Assembly: GCA_963765495.1 (NCBI GenBank)
Contig: CAVXWP010000009.1
Location: 224,001-288,000, forward strand
Source: Blastocatellia bacterium
GTDB lineage: Bacteria; Acidobacteriota; Blastocatellia; UBA7656
DNA length: 64,000 nt
Reading direction: 5' to 3'
Shown here: in pieces, positions 48,687-57,609 of the stretch
Numbering within the stretch: position 1 is the first letter of the stretch
Layout of the letters: every line of letters begins with the position of its first letter
Program-made: the position numbers and the translations under genes
Notes under the pieces: generated by a model
Seen by the model: only the letters and a program-made list of their open reading frames with translations
Told to the model about the DNA's origin: nothing
Databases searched by the model: none

Positions 48687-50267
48687 CTACAGATTAACCT
48701 GCTTGACCGAAATCACATCCGTAAGCGCCGTAAGCCCCGCAAGCGCTGCGTCAGGCATAGACTGGTCAATCTGTATGATCGCAAGCGCCGTTTCGCCTAT
48801 TTTCTTGCGGCCCAGATACAGACGGCTTATGTTTATGCCGTTCTCGCCGATGAAAGTCGCTATGCGACCGAGCACGCCCGGCACATCGCGGTTGAAGATG
48901 ATCAACATGTGCCCTCTCGGGATCGCTTCCAGATTGAATCCGTTTATGCGGACTATGCGACCCTGATTGTTACCAAACAGCGCGCCGGCCACCTCGCTTT
49001 CGTGGTCGGTTGTGACGGCGCGCACTCTCATCATGCTCGTGAAATCGCGCGCCCGCCGCGAAGACGATACAGATACCTTTATGCCGCGCTCTTCGGCCAC
49101 TATTGAAGCGTTGACCATATTGACCCGCTCAATCACCGGACCCAGCAACCCCGCCAGCACCGCCTGAGTTATCGGCTTGACATCGTGCGCGGTCACTTCG
49201 CCGGAATACTCTATATCAATAGCTCGCAGGTCGTGCCCGAAGACCTGCCCCTGAAAGAATCCTATCTTTTCGCCAAGCGTGATGTAAGGGCCGATGGCAG
49301 CGAGCAATTCCCCGCTGACGGCAGGAATATTGACCGCGCCTCGCACCGTCCCGGTCTTCAGATAATCCAGAACCTGTTCGGATATCATAGTCGCTACGCC
49401 GAGTTGAGCTTCCTGCGTAGAAGCCCCGAGATGCGGCGTTGTGATGACCTGATCCATCGCAAGCAGCGGGTTATCGGCGGGGGTCGGTTCCTGCTCAAAC
49501 ACATCGAGCGCAGCGCCCGCAACCTGCCCCGAACCGATGGCTTCGGCAAGCGCCCGCTCTTCAATCAGACCGCCGCGAGCGCAGTTGATTATCCGCACGC
49601 CGGGCTTCATCTTTGCAATGGTCGAGGCGTCTATCATCCACCGGGTCGCATCAGTAAGCGGGGTATGCAGAGTTATGAAATCCGCCTGCGTGAATACCTC
49701 GTCAAGCGTGGTCATCTCGATGTCGAGGTCGCGCGCGGCTTCGGGTGTGAAGTAAGGGTCAAAGGCGACGATGTTCATGCCGAACCCGCGCGCCCGCAAA
49801 GCCACGGCAGAGCCTATACGACCCAGGCCGATAATGCCGAGCGTCTTTCCTCTCAACTCAACGCCCAGAAAACGGGTCTTTTCCCACCTACCCGCTTTCG
49901 TCGAAGCAACAGCCTGTGGAATCCGCCGGGCAAGCGACAAAAGCATTGCCATCGTATGCTCGGCGGTAGTGACGGTATTTCCCGCTGCGGCATTCATAAC
50001 GACTATGCCGCGCCGGGTGGCCGCCGCAACGTCTATGTTATCGACTCCGGTTCCCGCGCGCCCTACAACACGCAACCGAGCGGCGCGCTCGATCAACTCG
50101 GCGGTAACTTTTGTCTTGCTACGCACAATCAGCCCGTTGTAATCGCCTATTATCTGAGCAATTTCCTCGGCGTTCAAGGAGGGGCGCTCGTCAATTTTCA
50201 CGCCCTGGGCCTGGCGCAATATCTCGACACCCGTCTCTTCCAACCCATCGCAAACAAGTATTTTCAT
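48687..50267 (-). CDS. serA: D-3-phosphoglycerate dehydrogenase
   Basis: GRAGTGVDNID, GLGRIG, NCARGG, TPHLGASTQEAQ, C-terminal ACT domain (DVPGVLG). Confidence 0.96.
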   Translation of the reverse strand: MKILVCDGLEETGVEILRQAQGVKIDERPSLNAEEIAQIIGDYNGLIVRSKTKVTAELIERAARLRVVGRAGTGVDNIDVAAATRRGIVVMNAAAGNTVTTAEHTMAMLLSLARRIPQAVASTKAGRWEKTRFLGVELRGKTLGIIGLGRIGSAVALRARGFGMNIVAFDPYFTPEAARDLDIEMTTLDEVFTQADFITLHTPLTDATRWMIDASTIAKMKPGVRIINCARGGLIEERALAEAIGSGQVAGAALDVFEQEPTPADNPLLAMDQVITTPHLGASTQEAQLGVATMISEQVLDYLKTGTVRGAVNIPAVSGELLAAIGPYITLGEKIGFFQGQVFGHDLRAIDIEYSGEVTAHDVKPITQAVLAGLLGPVIERVNMVNASIVAEERGIKVSVSSSRRARDFTSMMRVRAVTTDHESEVAGALFGNNQGRIVRINGFNLEAIPRGHMLIIFNRDVPGVLGRIATFIGENGINISRLYLGRKKIGETALAIIQIDQSMPDAALAGLTALTDVISVKQVNL

Positions 50268-50285
50268 GAATTCTAACCCCTATCG

Positions 50286-50417
50286 GTGAATCGTAATACG
50301 TGATGCGTGACCGAACCTGTCAGGTAATCACCGATTGCTGATAATTCTGCTATAAGTCACGAATCACGAATCACGGTTCACGTTTCCCGCATCACGCATC
50401 GCTCTTCACGAGTCACG
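50286..50417. repeat. GTGA-family heptamer tandem inverted repeat
   Basis: 4 GTGA-like units, a spacer, then ~9 TCAC-like units at 7-bp period; lies between divergent genes. Confidence 0.85.
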
Positions 50418-50495
50418 GAATTGTACCCGACAGACAGGCACGTCGCCACTCGAAGCCATAACCTGTGTTATATTAGGCGGCATCGGAGGTGTCTT

Positions 50496-50948
50496 ATGCC
50501 GTCAAAGTCGGAGTGTCGAATGGATGTGGTTCTGAAGGTTATCAGCGATCAATGGACGCTCAGCATCATCCATAAACTCAGCGACGGACCGCGCCGCACA
50601 TTGGAGCTTTTCGGCGCATTTACCGGAATGAGCACAAAGACATTGAACGCCCGTCTCAAGAAACTTGAGCGCGACGGCGTAGTGACGAGAATCTCTTACC
50701 CGGCATCGCCGCCGCGAGTCGAGTATTCGCTGACCGAAAAAGGGCGCGAGCTTATTCCTGTACTCGATGCGATAGCAAGGGTGGCATTCAAGTGGAGCGG
50801 GCCGTTTCAAACCGACAAAGCAGAAACGCCGTGCCGCGTGTGCGGCAGCTCTTACAACAGACTGGCATACGAAGAAAAAGCGTCACCCTCGCCCGAGCCT
50901 CCCCCCAGACCCCGGTCCCGCAAACTGACCGACGTGACACTACTTTAG
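50496..50948 (+). CDS. HxlR-family winged-helix regulator
   Basis: ECRMDVVLKVISDQWTLSII, PPRVEYSLTEKG; ATG 50496 after GGAGGT; N-terminal Cys and C-terminal CxxC. Confidence 0.9.
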   Translation: MPSKSECRMDVVLKVISDQWTLSIIHKLSDGPRRTLELFGAFTGMSTKTLNARLKKLERDGVVTRISYPASPPRVEYSLTEKGRELIPVLDAIARVAFKWSGPFQTDKAETPCRVCGSSYNRLAYEEKASPSPEPPPRPRSRKLTDVTLL

Positions 50949-51070
50949 AGGGATGAGGGATGAGGGATGAAAAAGATTCTGGCGCATGATCTTGATTAAA
51001 AGCGGCTTGCTGATTATCAGAAGAGTTCCTGAGAGTCCTTTTCATCCCTCATCCCTCATCCCTCATCCCT
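50949..51070. repeat. GAGGGAT-family heptamer tandem inverted repeat
   Basis: (AGGGATG)3 AAAAAGA - spacer - TTTT(CATCCCT)4; fills the gap between two convergent stops. Confidence 0.92.
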
Positions 51071-52299
51071 TAAGAGAGTTCTTCGATCATTGAATTGAGA
51101 ATTTCGCTTATTTTGTCGTGGTCAAACCGGATGCCAATGGCTGGAAGCAAGACCCGCTCGCGGGTAGTGCCGTCGATCTCTTTTAAGAGCAGGCGGCAAA
51201 AGGCTGCTACGATTTTGCCGTCGAATTGCTTGCCGGAACTGCGCCACAGGTCTTCGAGAGCTTTATCGAGCGCGAGCCGCGAGCGGTAAGGCCGGTCGGT
51301 CATCATCGCATCAAACGAGTCGGCCACCGTCACGATTCTTGAGCCTAGCGGAATCTCTTCGCCTTTGAGCCCCTGCGGGTATCCCGTGCCGTCTACCTTT
51401 TCGTGATGGCATTTCGTCATGTAGGCGATCTCTTGCCACGGGTCGCGTATGTTGGAAAGTATCTCGTAGCCCGTGGTGACGTGCCTGTTCAACTCGGCAA
51501 ATTCGCGGTCGGTCAGCGGTCGCGGATTGTTTATGATCGCTTTATCGACGACTATCTTTCCTATGTCGTGCAGAAAACCGGCTACGCCGATATATTCCAG
51601 ATCGCTGCCTGTAATGCCCATCTCGCGCGCGATTGCCTCCGAATATTTTGCCACCCGCTCAGAATGGCCTTTAGTATAGGCATCTTTCAAATCAATCGCC
51701 GCTCCAAATGCGCGGACCGTGTCGTGATAAATCTGCCGCATATTCCGATACATCCGGCGGTTCTCATCCGCGCGGCGTTTCAGCGATACCATTAAACGAT
51801 GATTATGAAACGCCATCCCTATATGTTGCGAGATGGTGTTTATGATCTCCAGGTCTTCTGCGTCAAACTCTTCGCGGGTAAATTTTCCGGCCAGGAATAT
51901 GACCCCGATCAGGTCGCCGCGCACGACCATCGGAATTGCCATATGCGCTTCCATCAGATTGAACAGATCACGATTGCGCGAGACAAATTGCGACAGGCCG
52001 TTTTGTTCAGCCGCAAGCAGGATGGGATGCGCGTGAGAAGCGAGGCGGGCAACATCATCGTCGCCCAAAATGATCTTTCGGCCTGCTGTGTCTTTCATCC
52101 CGCGAGCCGCGATTACCTTCAGTTGGCGAGGCTTTTCGCTGAAGCGCGATATTGCGCCTCTGGTTATCGCGAGTGTGCCAAGCAAAGTGTACAAAGAAGC
52201 CCGGATCACTTCATCGAAATTGTGCGTCGAACTGATTTCGGTTCCCAGCTCTGTCAGAGCGCCCAGATTGTGCAGTATCTTCCTGGTTTCGAGGCTCAT
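51070..52299 (-). CDS. GAF + HD-GYP cyclic-dinucleotide phosphodiesterase
   Basis: YTKGHSERV, LHDIGK, HHEKVDGTGYP, VADSFDAM, RPYR; ATG 52299 after CAGGAG. Confidence 0.92.
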   Translation of the reverse strand: MSLETRKILHNLGALTELGTEISSTHNFDEVIRASLYTLLGTLAITRGAISRFSEKPRQLKVIAARGMKDTAGRKIILGDDDVARLASHAHPILLAAEQNGLSQFVSRNRDLFNLMEAHMAIPMVVRGDLIGVIFLAGKFTREEFDAEDLEIINTISQHIGMAFHNHRLMVSLKRRADENRRMYRNMRQIYHDTVRAFGAAIDLKDAYTKGHSERVAKYSEAIAREMGITGSDLEYIGVAGFLHDIGKIVVDKAIINNPRPLTDREFAELNRHVTTGYEILSNIRDPWQEIAYMTKCHHEKVDGTGYPQGLKGEEIPLGSRIVTVADSFDAMMTDRPYRSRLALDKALEDLWRSSGKQFDGKIVAAFCRLLLKEIDGTTRERVLLPAIGIRFDHDKISEILNSMIEELS

Positions 52300-52346
52300 T
52301 CTTGTTCTCCTGAATGGGTGCAGTCTATTTTGCAATTCTCTGCGGA

Positions 52347-52715
52347 TCAAAGCGCGGCAGGGGCAGCCCTCTCGCACATGCTGGCGAGCGCGCGCTCCTC
52401 GGTTTCGGCCATCCTTACGTGCGAGAGCAAACCCAGCATTTCAAAAAGTTCCCGGTTCGAGTCGTTCAGATTCGAGAGCATCAGCGTCCCGGAAGCTTCG
52501 TTGACCGCCTCTATCACGCCGAGCAAAATCGAGATGCCTATGCTGTTGACCAGTTCCGTCTCTTCGAAATTTATCACCAGATGTCTTACGCCCCGGGCGA
52601 GCAATTCCTGGCAACACTGCTCTATGCCTTCGCCCCTGAGCTGGTTCAGATAGGGACCGGGATAGATTATTCCGACCCCAGATACAAGCCTGGACCCTAC
52701 TTCAATAGCTTTCAT
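52347..52715 (-). CDS. STAS-domain anti-sigma-factor antagonist
   Basis: LVINFEETELVNSIGISIL (phospho-acceptor Ser motif), ELFEMLGL. Confidence 0.88.
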   Translation of the reverse strand: MKAIEVGSRLVSGVGIIYPGPYLNQLRGEGIEQCCQELLARGVRHLVINFEETELVNSIGISILLGVIEAVNEASGTLMLSNLNDSNRELFEMLGLLSHVRMAETEERALASMCERAAPAAL

Positions 52716-52733
52716 GAAGAATCCCCTGTTGAA

Positions 52734-52839
52734 AGTGATTCGTGACGAGTGAGGAGTGACGAGTGACGCAAGCAGGGTGGCAGGTTATCAAAAACCTGCG
52801 CCTTGCCCGATAGTCACGCATCGCGCATCACGCATCACT
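52734..52839. repeat. GTGA-family heptamer tandem inverted repeat
   Basis: AGTGATTC GTGACGA GTGAGGA GTGACGA GTGAC - spacer - GTCACGCA TCGCGCA TCACGCA TCACT. Confidence 0.88.
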
Positions 52840-52840
52840 A

Positions 52841-55240
52841 TTATTCCTGCGGGCGTTTGAAGAACTTGGTCATCACGAGGCTTGTGCCGTCATCGGCACG
52901 CTCGAAACGCACCTCGTCCATCAATCTGCGGATTATATGCAATCCGCGTCCACGCAATGCCACGGGCGAGGGGGCGCCGGCAGCCGCAAAACCATCTCCG
53001 TTTGCCGAGCCAAAGGTCTTGCCTTTGTTCGATACGGTGATCGTTATGCGGTCGTCTTGTATGGCAAAGCGCTGGTAAATCTTTCGGTCGGGGCTGTCGC
53101 TGTGCTCGGCGGCATTCAGACAGGCTTCGATCAACGCGGTCTTGATCTGATTGATCGCCTCCTGATCGAAATCAGCCGCGCGGGCTATCTGTTCTACCGT
53201 GCGGGCGGCGATCAACTCGGCATCCGCTTCGATAGGTATTACCAGTTCGAATTCGCTCAGGGGCTGGCGGAAGGCGAACGATTCCGCAAGCTTGAGGATG
53301 TGATCGTAAAGCAGATCGAGTTGAGAATAAGTGGAACAGTAAGCGCGTATGGCTGATAACCTTTCGACTGTCGCAGCCGAAAAGCCTTCCTTGCTTATAT
53401 ACCATCGAATGATCCGCGCGTGCTGGTTGTTTCTGGCTGCCCGCGCGCCCGTCTCCAATCGTTGATCGAGACGGCTGAGGGTCTCAAGATCGAGCGGCTC
53501 TTTAGAGTTTATGAGCGCGATCAGCCATAAGACTTCGTTGGCTTCGCTGTAGATGCCGCCTTCAAATCCGCTGCCCGCAAACAGACGCCAGCTTATTCCG
53601 GGCTGCTCGCCCGTGCCCAGGTTTGTGACCATCACTATTTGCGGCAGACGGATTTTTTCCTGTTCGTCTTCGAGCGAGCGGCGCACCTGCACGCGACTCA
53701 TGCCGCGATAGCGATTGTCGAAAGCGGGATGGTCGAGCAGGCTCGCCGGTACATTCTGAAAATCGAAGCTCGATAAAGTCTCTACCAGTTGAGATTCAAT
53801 CGAGCGATTGTAGCGCGACATCATCAGGCGATAAGAGTGCTTCAGCTTCTCGCTCAAGAGTTCTTCGCCCGCCACTGGGCGGCGCGCCCCCGCGATCTCG
53901 CTGCGGTATTTGGCCCTGACGTAATCGGCGAGCACCGGGTCCGAGGACGGATTTACAAACCCGTAACTGATCTCAAGAAATTCGCGCGCGTGCAATCGCC
54001 GGAGCAATTCGTCGGGGTCCGAAGCATATTCGCTCATACGCTCGGTGACGGCTTCAATCGGGACAGCCGTATTGGCTTCGATCACAAGACCGAGCGCTTC
54101 AAGCACCGCCCGGCGCGCGCGCGACTCCGGCGCTATGTCGCGCAACAGCGCCCCTATGTAATGGCAGATGCGACCGTTCAGAACATCTTCCGTATAGACG
54201 CGCTCAAACTCCATGAAGGTGCGCAGGTTCGACCCGCGAGAGGCTGTCGCTTCAAGCAGAGCGCGGATATAAAAAAGATCGCGGTTGAGTTGTTGCAGCA
54301 TAAGCTCGGTCGTCGAATCGCTTATCTCTATTCGAAACATCGAAGCCGTCGAGCGAATCATCTGCTCAAGCGGTTCTTCGGCCATCGGCTCGATGCGGAT
54401 CATCTCGAGTCGGCTGAAGAACTCTTCATCAGGCGGTATCAATTCGATCAGCGCCCGGCGCAATCCGCATAGCGCATAAACAGGCCCGGCAGGGCTTGCC
54501 CCTCCCAGAGTCCGGCTCAGATGGTCGTGCGTGCTGAGCGCCCGCAAGACTTCCGACCGCAACCCGGCAAGCGATGCGCGCTCGACGGAAGAAGTGAATC
54601 CTTGCTCGGCCCGGCCTCCCGCATCCGTCAGCACGTGAAAATTGTCGAGCATCACAAAAGGCGCTACCTTTGTGCGCGAAGCCGCGACCATAGGCGCAGA
54701 GAGCGCCGAACGCACCATCAGGGCCGTGTCGTCTGATTGCGCCGCCCGCGCAAAGGCGTCTACAAGTGCCCGCACCCAGAAATAATCTTCGGGCAGGGCA
54801 AAGCGCGGCAAGAGGGCAAGCGGCTCGTCGGCCTCGGCTATGAGCTTTGGCTCGTTGCGGCGAAAGGCTATGAACTGCGCCAGAAATTGAGAAAGATAAT
54901 CGCGCGCAAACCGATCCGCCTCCATCGAATAGGCCCTGAAGGCGTAATAAACGGGCGCGACCTCGCTTGAATCGTTAAAGAGCCGGTCAAAATTTTTGCG
55001 GAGCAACTCGGTCTTGCCTACACGCGGAGCGCCGAGCACTAGCGCGTTGGCCGCTCGTCTGACCCGCGGGGTCGCTCGGAGTCTTTGAAGCTCGCCGGGC
55101 GAGTTTTCAGCCTCGCGCGAGGCTGCGGGCGCGCGACGCGCTGTCGCAAGCCCGCGAAGCTGTTCAAGCTCGGCCTCACGGTCGAAAAACTCGTCATCCG
55201 GGAGCCGGCTCAGTACCTGTCTCGGGTCAGAATCACGCAT
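52841..55240 (-). CDS. P-loop ATPase (archaeal-ATPase/STAND-like) fused to a C-terminal RsbW-like HATPase_c domain
   Basis: FFDREAELEQL, GAPRVGKT, VMLDNFH; C-terminal IEACLNAAEHS, ITVSNKG, RGRGLHIIRRLMDEV, GTSLVM. Confidence 0.82.
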   Translation of the reverse strand: MRDSDPRQVLSRLPDDEFFDREAELEQLRGLATARRAPAASREAENSPGELQRLRATPRVRRAANALVLGAPRVGKTELLRKNFDRLFNDSSEVAPVYYAFRAYSMEADRFARDYLSQFLAQFIAFRRNEPKLIAEADEPLALLPRFALPEDYFWVRALVDAFARAAQSDDTALMVRSALSAPMVAASRTKVAPFVMLDNFHVLTDAGGRAEQGFTSSVERASLAGLRSEVLRALSTHDHLSRTLGGASPAGPVYALCGLRRALIELIPPDEEFFSRLEMIRIEPMAEEPLEQMIRSTASMFRIEISDSTTELMLQQLNRDLFYIRALLEATASRGSNLRTFMEFERVYTEDVLNGRICHYIGALLRDIAPESRARRAVLEALGLVIEANTAVPIEAVTERMSEYASDPDELLRRLHAREFLEISYGFVNPSSDPVLADYVRAKYRSEIAGARRPVAGEELLSEKLKHSYRLMMSRYNRSIESQLVETLSSFDFQNVPASLLDHPAFDNRYRGMSRVQVRRSLEDEQEKIRLPQIVMVTNLGTGEQPGISWRLFAGSGFEGGIYSEANEVLWLIALINSKEPLDLETLSRLDQRLETGARAARNNQHARIIRWYISKEGFSAATVERLSAIRAYCSTYSQLDLLYDHILKLAESFAFRQPLSEFELVIPIEADAELIAARTVEQIARAADFDQEAINQIKTALIEACLNAAEHSDSPDRKIYQRFAIQDDRITITVSNKGKTFGSANGDGFAAAGAPSPVALRGRGLHIIRRLMDEVRFERADDGTSLVMTKFFKRPQE

Positions 55241-55260
55241 CTGGGATTATCCTGCCAGGG

Positions 55261-56913
55261 CTACTGTCCTTCCGCTTTGGGCTCTTCATAAACCGCGACA
55301 CAATTGCGTCCGAGTGTCTTCGCGTGGTAAAGGGCGCGGTCGGCTGTCTCGATTATCGCGAGGGGGCTTTGCCTGGTGGGGCTGAAAGAAGAAACGCCTA
55401 TGCTGATGGTAACCTTGCCCATAGTTTCGCCGTGTTCGGTGCGGTACTCAGTCTGATTTATCGCCTTCCGCAATCGCTCGGCAATGCGCCCGGCATCATT
55501 GATCTGTGTTTCGGGCAGCACTATGCAAAACTCATCGCCCGCAAAACGGGCCGACATATCAATGGCGCGAATGCCTCGCTTGAGCATATGCGCCGTTTTG
55601 ACCAGCACGCGATCCGCGTTCGTGTGGCCGTAGATGTCGTTGTAACCCTTAAACCTGTCCACGTCAATAATCATAAAAGAGAGCGGCGTGTCGTGGCGCT
55701 TCGACCGCTCGACCTCTTCATAAAGCCTCTCTTCGAGATAACGGCGATTTGGCAGCCCCGTAAGCGGGTCGGTCAAAGACATCTGCTGATAGGCTTCGGC
55801 CTTGCGGTGCCATTCGGTGCGCTCGATTATGAGCGCGAGTTGCGGAGCCATCAGTTCGAGCAGTGAGAGGTCTTCGTTTTCATAGGCCGAACCGTCCACA
55901 CGATCAGACAGATTGATGACGCCCACCTTGCGCGGGCCGAGCGTGATCGGATAGCTGATGAATGAGCCGGTCTTATACTGGCCCCGGCGCGGTCGCGGAA
56001 TCCTCTGGTCGGTCTCTACGTCGCGGACCATAAGCGCCGCCCCGCTGGCAAGCACTTCCCCGGCAATGCCCTCGCCGAGCTTTACGCGAACCGGCCCGAA
56101 TCTCTGAAAATCGGCCCCCACAGCCGCCTCGAGCGCAAGCTCGTTTGACTGCTCGTTGAGGATCATAAGCGAACTGCGCTCCGATCTCATGATCTCGCTG
56201 AATTTGGCCAGCACCGATGAGTAAACCTTTTGCGAATCGAGCGTAGCGGCTACGCTGCGAAGAAAGTCGTAGAACTGAGATATGGCCCGATTCTTGTTTT
56301 CGAGTTGATCGGCGAGTCTTATTACTTCCAGATGCGCATCAAGCAGAGCCGGAGAAATATCGGTCTCCAGTTCCGGCTCGGCCTCGCGTTTTGGCGCGGA
56401 TTTGAAGTTGTATTCGAGAGTAGAGGCGACAAGGCTCGCGGCCTGGCGCACCTCGCGCAGATCGGCAAATCTCATATTGGTCAGGGCTTCGCCGGTTCTT
56501 ATCGCGTCTGTGTCGCCGTGTTCGCGGAGAAAGCGTGTGTATTCAGCCGAAGAGGTAAAGGCGCGTCCGCCAAGCACTGTCAGTTGCCTCCCGGCTATTT
56601 CGACCGGGACGGCGAAACATTGCAACCCCGCGTGGCAGCGAAACTCCGTCGCCTCGCCTGCTTCGGTTGCCCGGCTGTGAGCGCCTCCGCAGTCGGCCGC
56701 GCACAGTGGCGCGTATTCTGAAGTGCTCTGTAGCGAGCGGCAAATGCTGTTGTCGTTTTCAACCTGAGAGATTGGCTGGCCGTCAGAACCGATTGTCGTT
56801 AAAGCCAGCCCGGTCTTTTCAGCAAGTGTTCGCTGAAGGCGAAACCATACGACAACGGGATCGTCCGTTTCGCGCCTTGAAACGCTTGTACTTCTGGCGA
56901 TTTCTTTGCTCAA
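55261..56913 (-). CDS. PocR + GAF + GGDEF diguanylate cyclase
   Basis: ICRSL...CAADC...FRCHAGL (PocR); GEGIAG GAF; DPLTGLPNRR, DVDRFKGYND, RAID I-site, AGDEF. Confidence 0.9.
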   Translation of the reverse strand: MSKEIARSTSVSRRETDDPVVVWFRLQRTLAEKTGLALTTIGSDGQPISQVENDNSICRSLQSTSEYAPLCAADCGGAHSRATEAGEATEFRCHAGLQCFAVPVEIAGRQLTVLGGRAFTSSAEYTRFLREHGDTDAIRTGEALTNMRFADLREVRQAASLVASTLEYNFKSAPKREAEPELETDISPALLDAHLEVIRLADQLENKNRAISQFYDFLRSVAATLDSQKVYSSVLAKFSEIMRSERSSLMILNEQSNELALEAAVGADFQRFGPVRVKLGEGIAGEVLASGAALMVRDVETDQRIPRPRRGQYKTGSFISYPITLGPRKVGVINLSDRVDGSAYENEDLSLLELMAPQLALIIERTEWHRKAEAYQQMSLTDPLTGLPNRRYLEERLYEEVERSKRHDTPLSFMIIDVDRFKGYNDIYGHTNADRVLVKTAHMLKRGIRAIDMSARFAGDEFCIVLPETQINDAGRIAERLRKAINQTEYRTEHGETMGKVTISIGVSSFSPTRQSPLAIIETADRALYHAKTLGRNCVAVYEEPKAEGQ

Positions 56914-57609
56914 GCGTAGTCGGAATCTCGGGAGAGTTCCTTACCTCCGGTGTAATAGCCTGGCTGAAGGTCAATACAGCCGGGCCGCCGGTTCCTGCAC
57001 CTGGCTAAACATCAGTTCTCAGAACTTGAGCGATTACCTGTCGCATATCCCCACATCACAAGTTCGAGCATCTGGCTATTATTTTCGCTTTCAAAATTAA
57101 CGCCGCCGGGGCTGGCTCAAGCTCAATTTCTTACATCTGGTTATCAAAGGCCAAAGTAGCATATAGCAAAGTACTTTGCAACAGAAACTTAAGGTACCCT
57201 ATCAGGTAATAAGCCCCCTCTCCCGCCGGTCTGTTGGGGCAATTTAAAAGGCTGTGCAAGATAGATTACCAGCTTCACTCGCGGTCAAGGCTTGCCTCCC
57301 GGGGGTCTGTGGAATAAACTTGGGTTAGCGAAATTACCGGTTGAAACATACAAGGCTTTGACCCGAGCGGCGGAATTATTTTTGATTCCACGATGCCGAA
57401 CAGGTCAACATTTCATACCGGGTGCCTCAGATATATTACCTCAATCGCTGCTTTTAGGGGCAAAGCCGTGGAGCGTGCGGGGCATTAAGCCACAGCGATA
57501 AGTTCGCCTCCGGGCTTTAACTCAACAAATGTGGTGATTTAAGATGACAGATGAAACGGCACGGCTATTGCGATCTCCCTCTGTTGTAAAAAAAGGCTCG
57601 GGGGGTGTA

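Noticed and set aside
12536-52839. Repeat-spacer-repeat elements as CRISPR arrays
   Set aside because: Units are 7 bp, arms are inverted with a single spacer, and no cas genes are present
57455-57520. Possible c-di-GMP-I riboswitch (GGCAAA...AAGCCAC)
   Set aside because: Lacks the GNRA loop, the GACGCAAAGC segment and a convincing second stem; only an Infernal hit would rescue it
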